Positions 62,029-64,000 of a stretch of DNA of 64,000 nt are shown here, piece after piece. Position 1 is the stretch's first letter; each line of letters opens with the position of its first letter. This DNA is from Catajapyx aquilonaris (lineage: Eukaryota): positions 1-64,000 of the forward strand of contig KZ537976.1 in the NCBI GenBank assembly GCA_000934665.2, given 5' to 3'. Made by a program: the position numbers and the translations under genes. The notes beneath the pieces are model-generated. The model worked only from the letters and a program-made list of their open reading frames with translations. It made no database searches and was not told the origin of the DNA.

Positions 62029-64000
62029 AGGCATGAAGGCAGCTGCTGCGAATATAGCGGTACACTCTTGCCTTGATCCTTAATCTAGGGAAAAGCCTGC
62101 AGAGAGAATCGCGGTGGGAGGGACAATATTTGCTCAGCTGCAGAGACGAAAAAGAAGGGATGGCAGGGGGGGGGGAAGGAGGAAAAGCTTTGAAGTCGGC
62201 TGCCGGAACTCCTTATTTACTTGAGATGAAGACCCTTCCCCGGCTTGAACTGACCTAGACTGAGCAATTTCTTACACATTTTCTCTCAGGGCACAGGATA
62301 ATGGGTTTTGAAAAGACGGCTCTCTTCCTCTTGTGCGCTTTGATGTTTCGATGTGAACCGAAGGGTAAGAAATGATTGCAATATTTTTATCTGGCTCATA
62401 TACAAAGACGAAGGAGGTCCCCCTTTTTATGAGGGGGCACACAAGAAGCCTCTCTCTAGCAGCGTGTGAATTCAAGTGGAAACTCGCAAAGACGAGGGGG
62501 TGGTGGTGAATCATTAACTCATTACTGGCAAGAACGCTGGCGTAATTGCGACGTTCAAATGCCTGTCAGCCAGTCCTTTATTCCAGTACTTTATCTCGTG
62601 GCCTCCTGTGGCAGCAACTTGGTCCGTGCATCCACAAGTTTGGAATTGCTGCCTGGGGAGGGGGAGAATATTATGTCTCTTGTAATTATAATGGCATTAG
62701 GATCAGGATGGCATGTGGTCGTTTGTCATCTAAGGCCGCTTTGATAAAATGAGCACTTCTGAATTCATGTTGCACCTATAGGATTGTCTCCAGTCCGCTG
62801 ACGTCTCTATTACCTCAAGGTGTTCTCGCATTTAATCACTGAAAATGGAGAGTTACAAATGCCCATAATGTCTACAGTACCATTTCTACATGGAATCGCA
62901 TTTATTTCGATTTAATTTTCAATGGTAACAATGGTGGAACAATGTGAAACTAATAGGAGTAGTCTACATAGATGCTTGCGTAATATTTCTGTATCAGTGT
63001 TTGATCCAGGTATTGCAACCAGTTGTTAATTTTTGTTGAGTGTATAATATTGTTAGTTGCTCACTGCTCGACTATATACAGTATAAAGAATTAAAGCTGG
63101 AAATAAAGAAAAATACAAGCCTGCCTGAAACGTGTAATGGCACATTTTTTGGCAGCGAATTTATGTCCAATTTGCGATTTAATATTGCCGGTCTTACAAA
63201 GGAACTTTTGAAGCCTTCAACTCTCGTGAATGACACGTTATGGATTAACGTCGGGGATTGCACTGTCCAGGAGCCCAGGACTTCAATGACGTGACCAATT
63301 GCATTTCTGGTTCTGGTGCATCGCACATGAAGTTAGCTTGTAGTAATGAATTCCTAGAATGTTCCGGTGCGTAACAGGCACATGCAATTATTCTTTGTCT
63401 TTGCATGATTGCCATCACATATGGCATGCTGCACTATCGCAGATTCGAATGACAGTTACGTGCTGCTGTTTAAACATGATTTATTACAATTGTCGATTTT
63501 ATAATTCTGGCCGGGATTTTTACACAGGAAAGCTCGCTTTTAAGCAGTTCAGAGATGTGCAAAATTATGCATAAAATTTCTAAATACAGGTTAACCTGGG
63601 CACCTGGCACTGTTCAAGTACAGTGAGAGACACTGATGCAGACTAGACATGTAATTTCTTCAACTACTACGTTCCAGGTCAAGGTCGCCAATTCCGGTGC
63701 TAGATGTCGTATAATCAGATTCCTCAGGTTCTTGATGGCCACTAAATAAAAGTTGAGGTGCGAAAAGGGAAGAGGAGAAAGCGATTTATTAGACCATGAG
63801 AATTCCACTTGACGGGTTTATCTGAGGGGGAGGAAAGGGTGTCGAAAGTTGGGAAACAAGATTTCCCCATTTCCGTCCACCGTCCTCCATCAATATTCAA
63901 AGGAAAATGGGACTTTAACCTTATTTCCACAGCATCCGTTCAGAGGAACACTACGACCACCCTCACATTTTTGCGTCAAGTCATATTTAGCCTGACATTT

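Overview
Eukaryotic, intron-rich arthropod genomic DNA; the tropomyosin sequence looks non-insect, but I cannot assign a taxon. (1) 1-~2.2 kb: a decayed, internally deleted R1-clade non-LTR retrotransposon. It apparently lies in an intron of (2) an MRG15/MORF4L1 gene, whose last four coding exons are at 2872-6154 (+); the chromodomain exons are upstream of the window. (3) 11.8-30.1 kb (+): a complex tropomyosin (Tm1-type) gene with three alternative N-termini: muscle, cytoplasmic (cut by an assembly gap), and an atypical non-coiled-coil exon resembling the Drosophila Tm1-I/C head. It also has two pairs and one trio of same-length alternative internal exons and four alternative terminal exons; the muscle path gives the canonical 284 aa. 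(4) 31-64 kb: no recognisable gene. It holds several MITEs and DNA-transposon remnants, a 25-bp-period array of YY1/Pho-like motifs and a few weak exon candidates. The most interesting signals are the Tm1-I/C-like exon with a candidate truncating mini terminal exon, a TGCATG (Rbfox) cluster around the alternative exons, the MRG15-Tm1 adjacency, a candidate unannotated Cys-rich exon at ~9.3 kb, and the phased motif array at ~61.9 kb. Exon boundaries were read by eye from GT/AG sites and frame continuity; homologies are from memory, not database searches.
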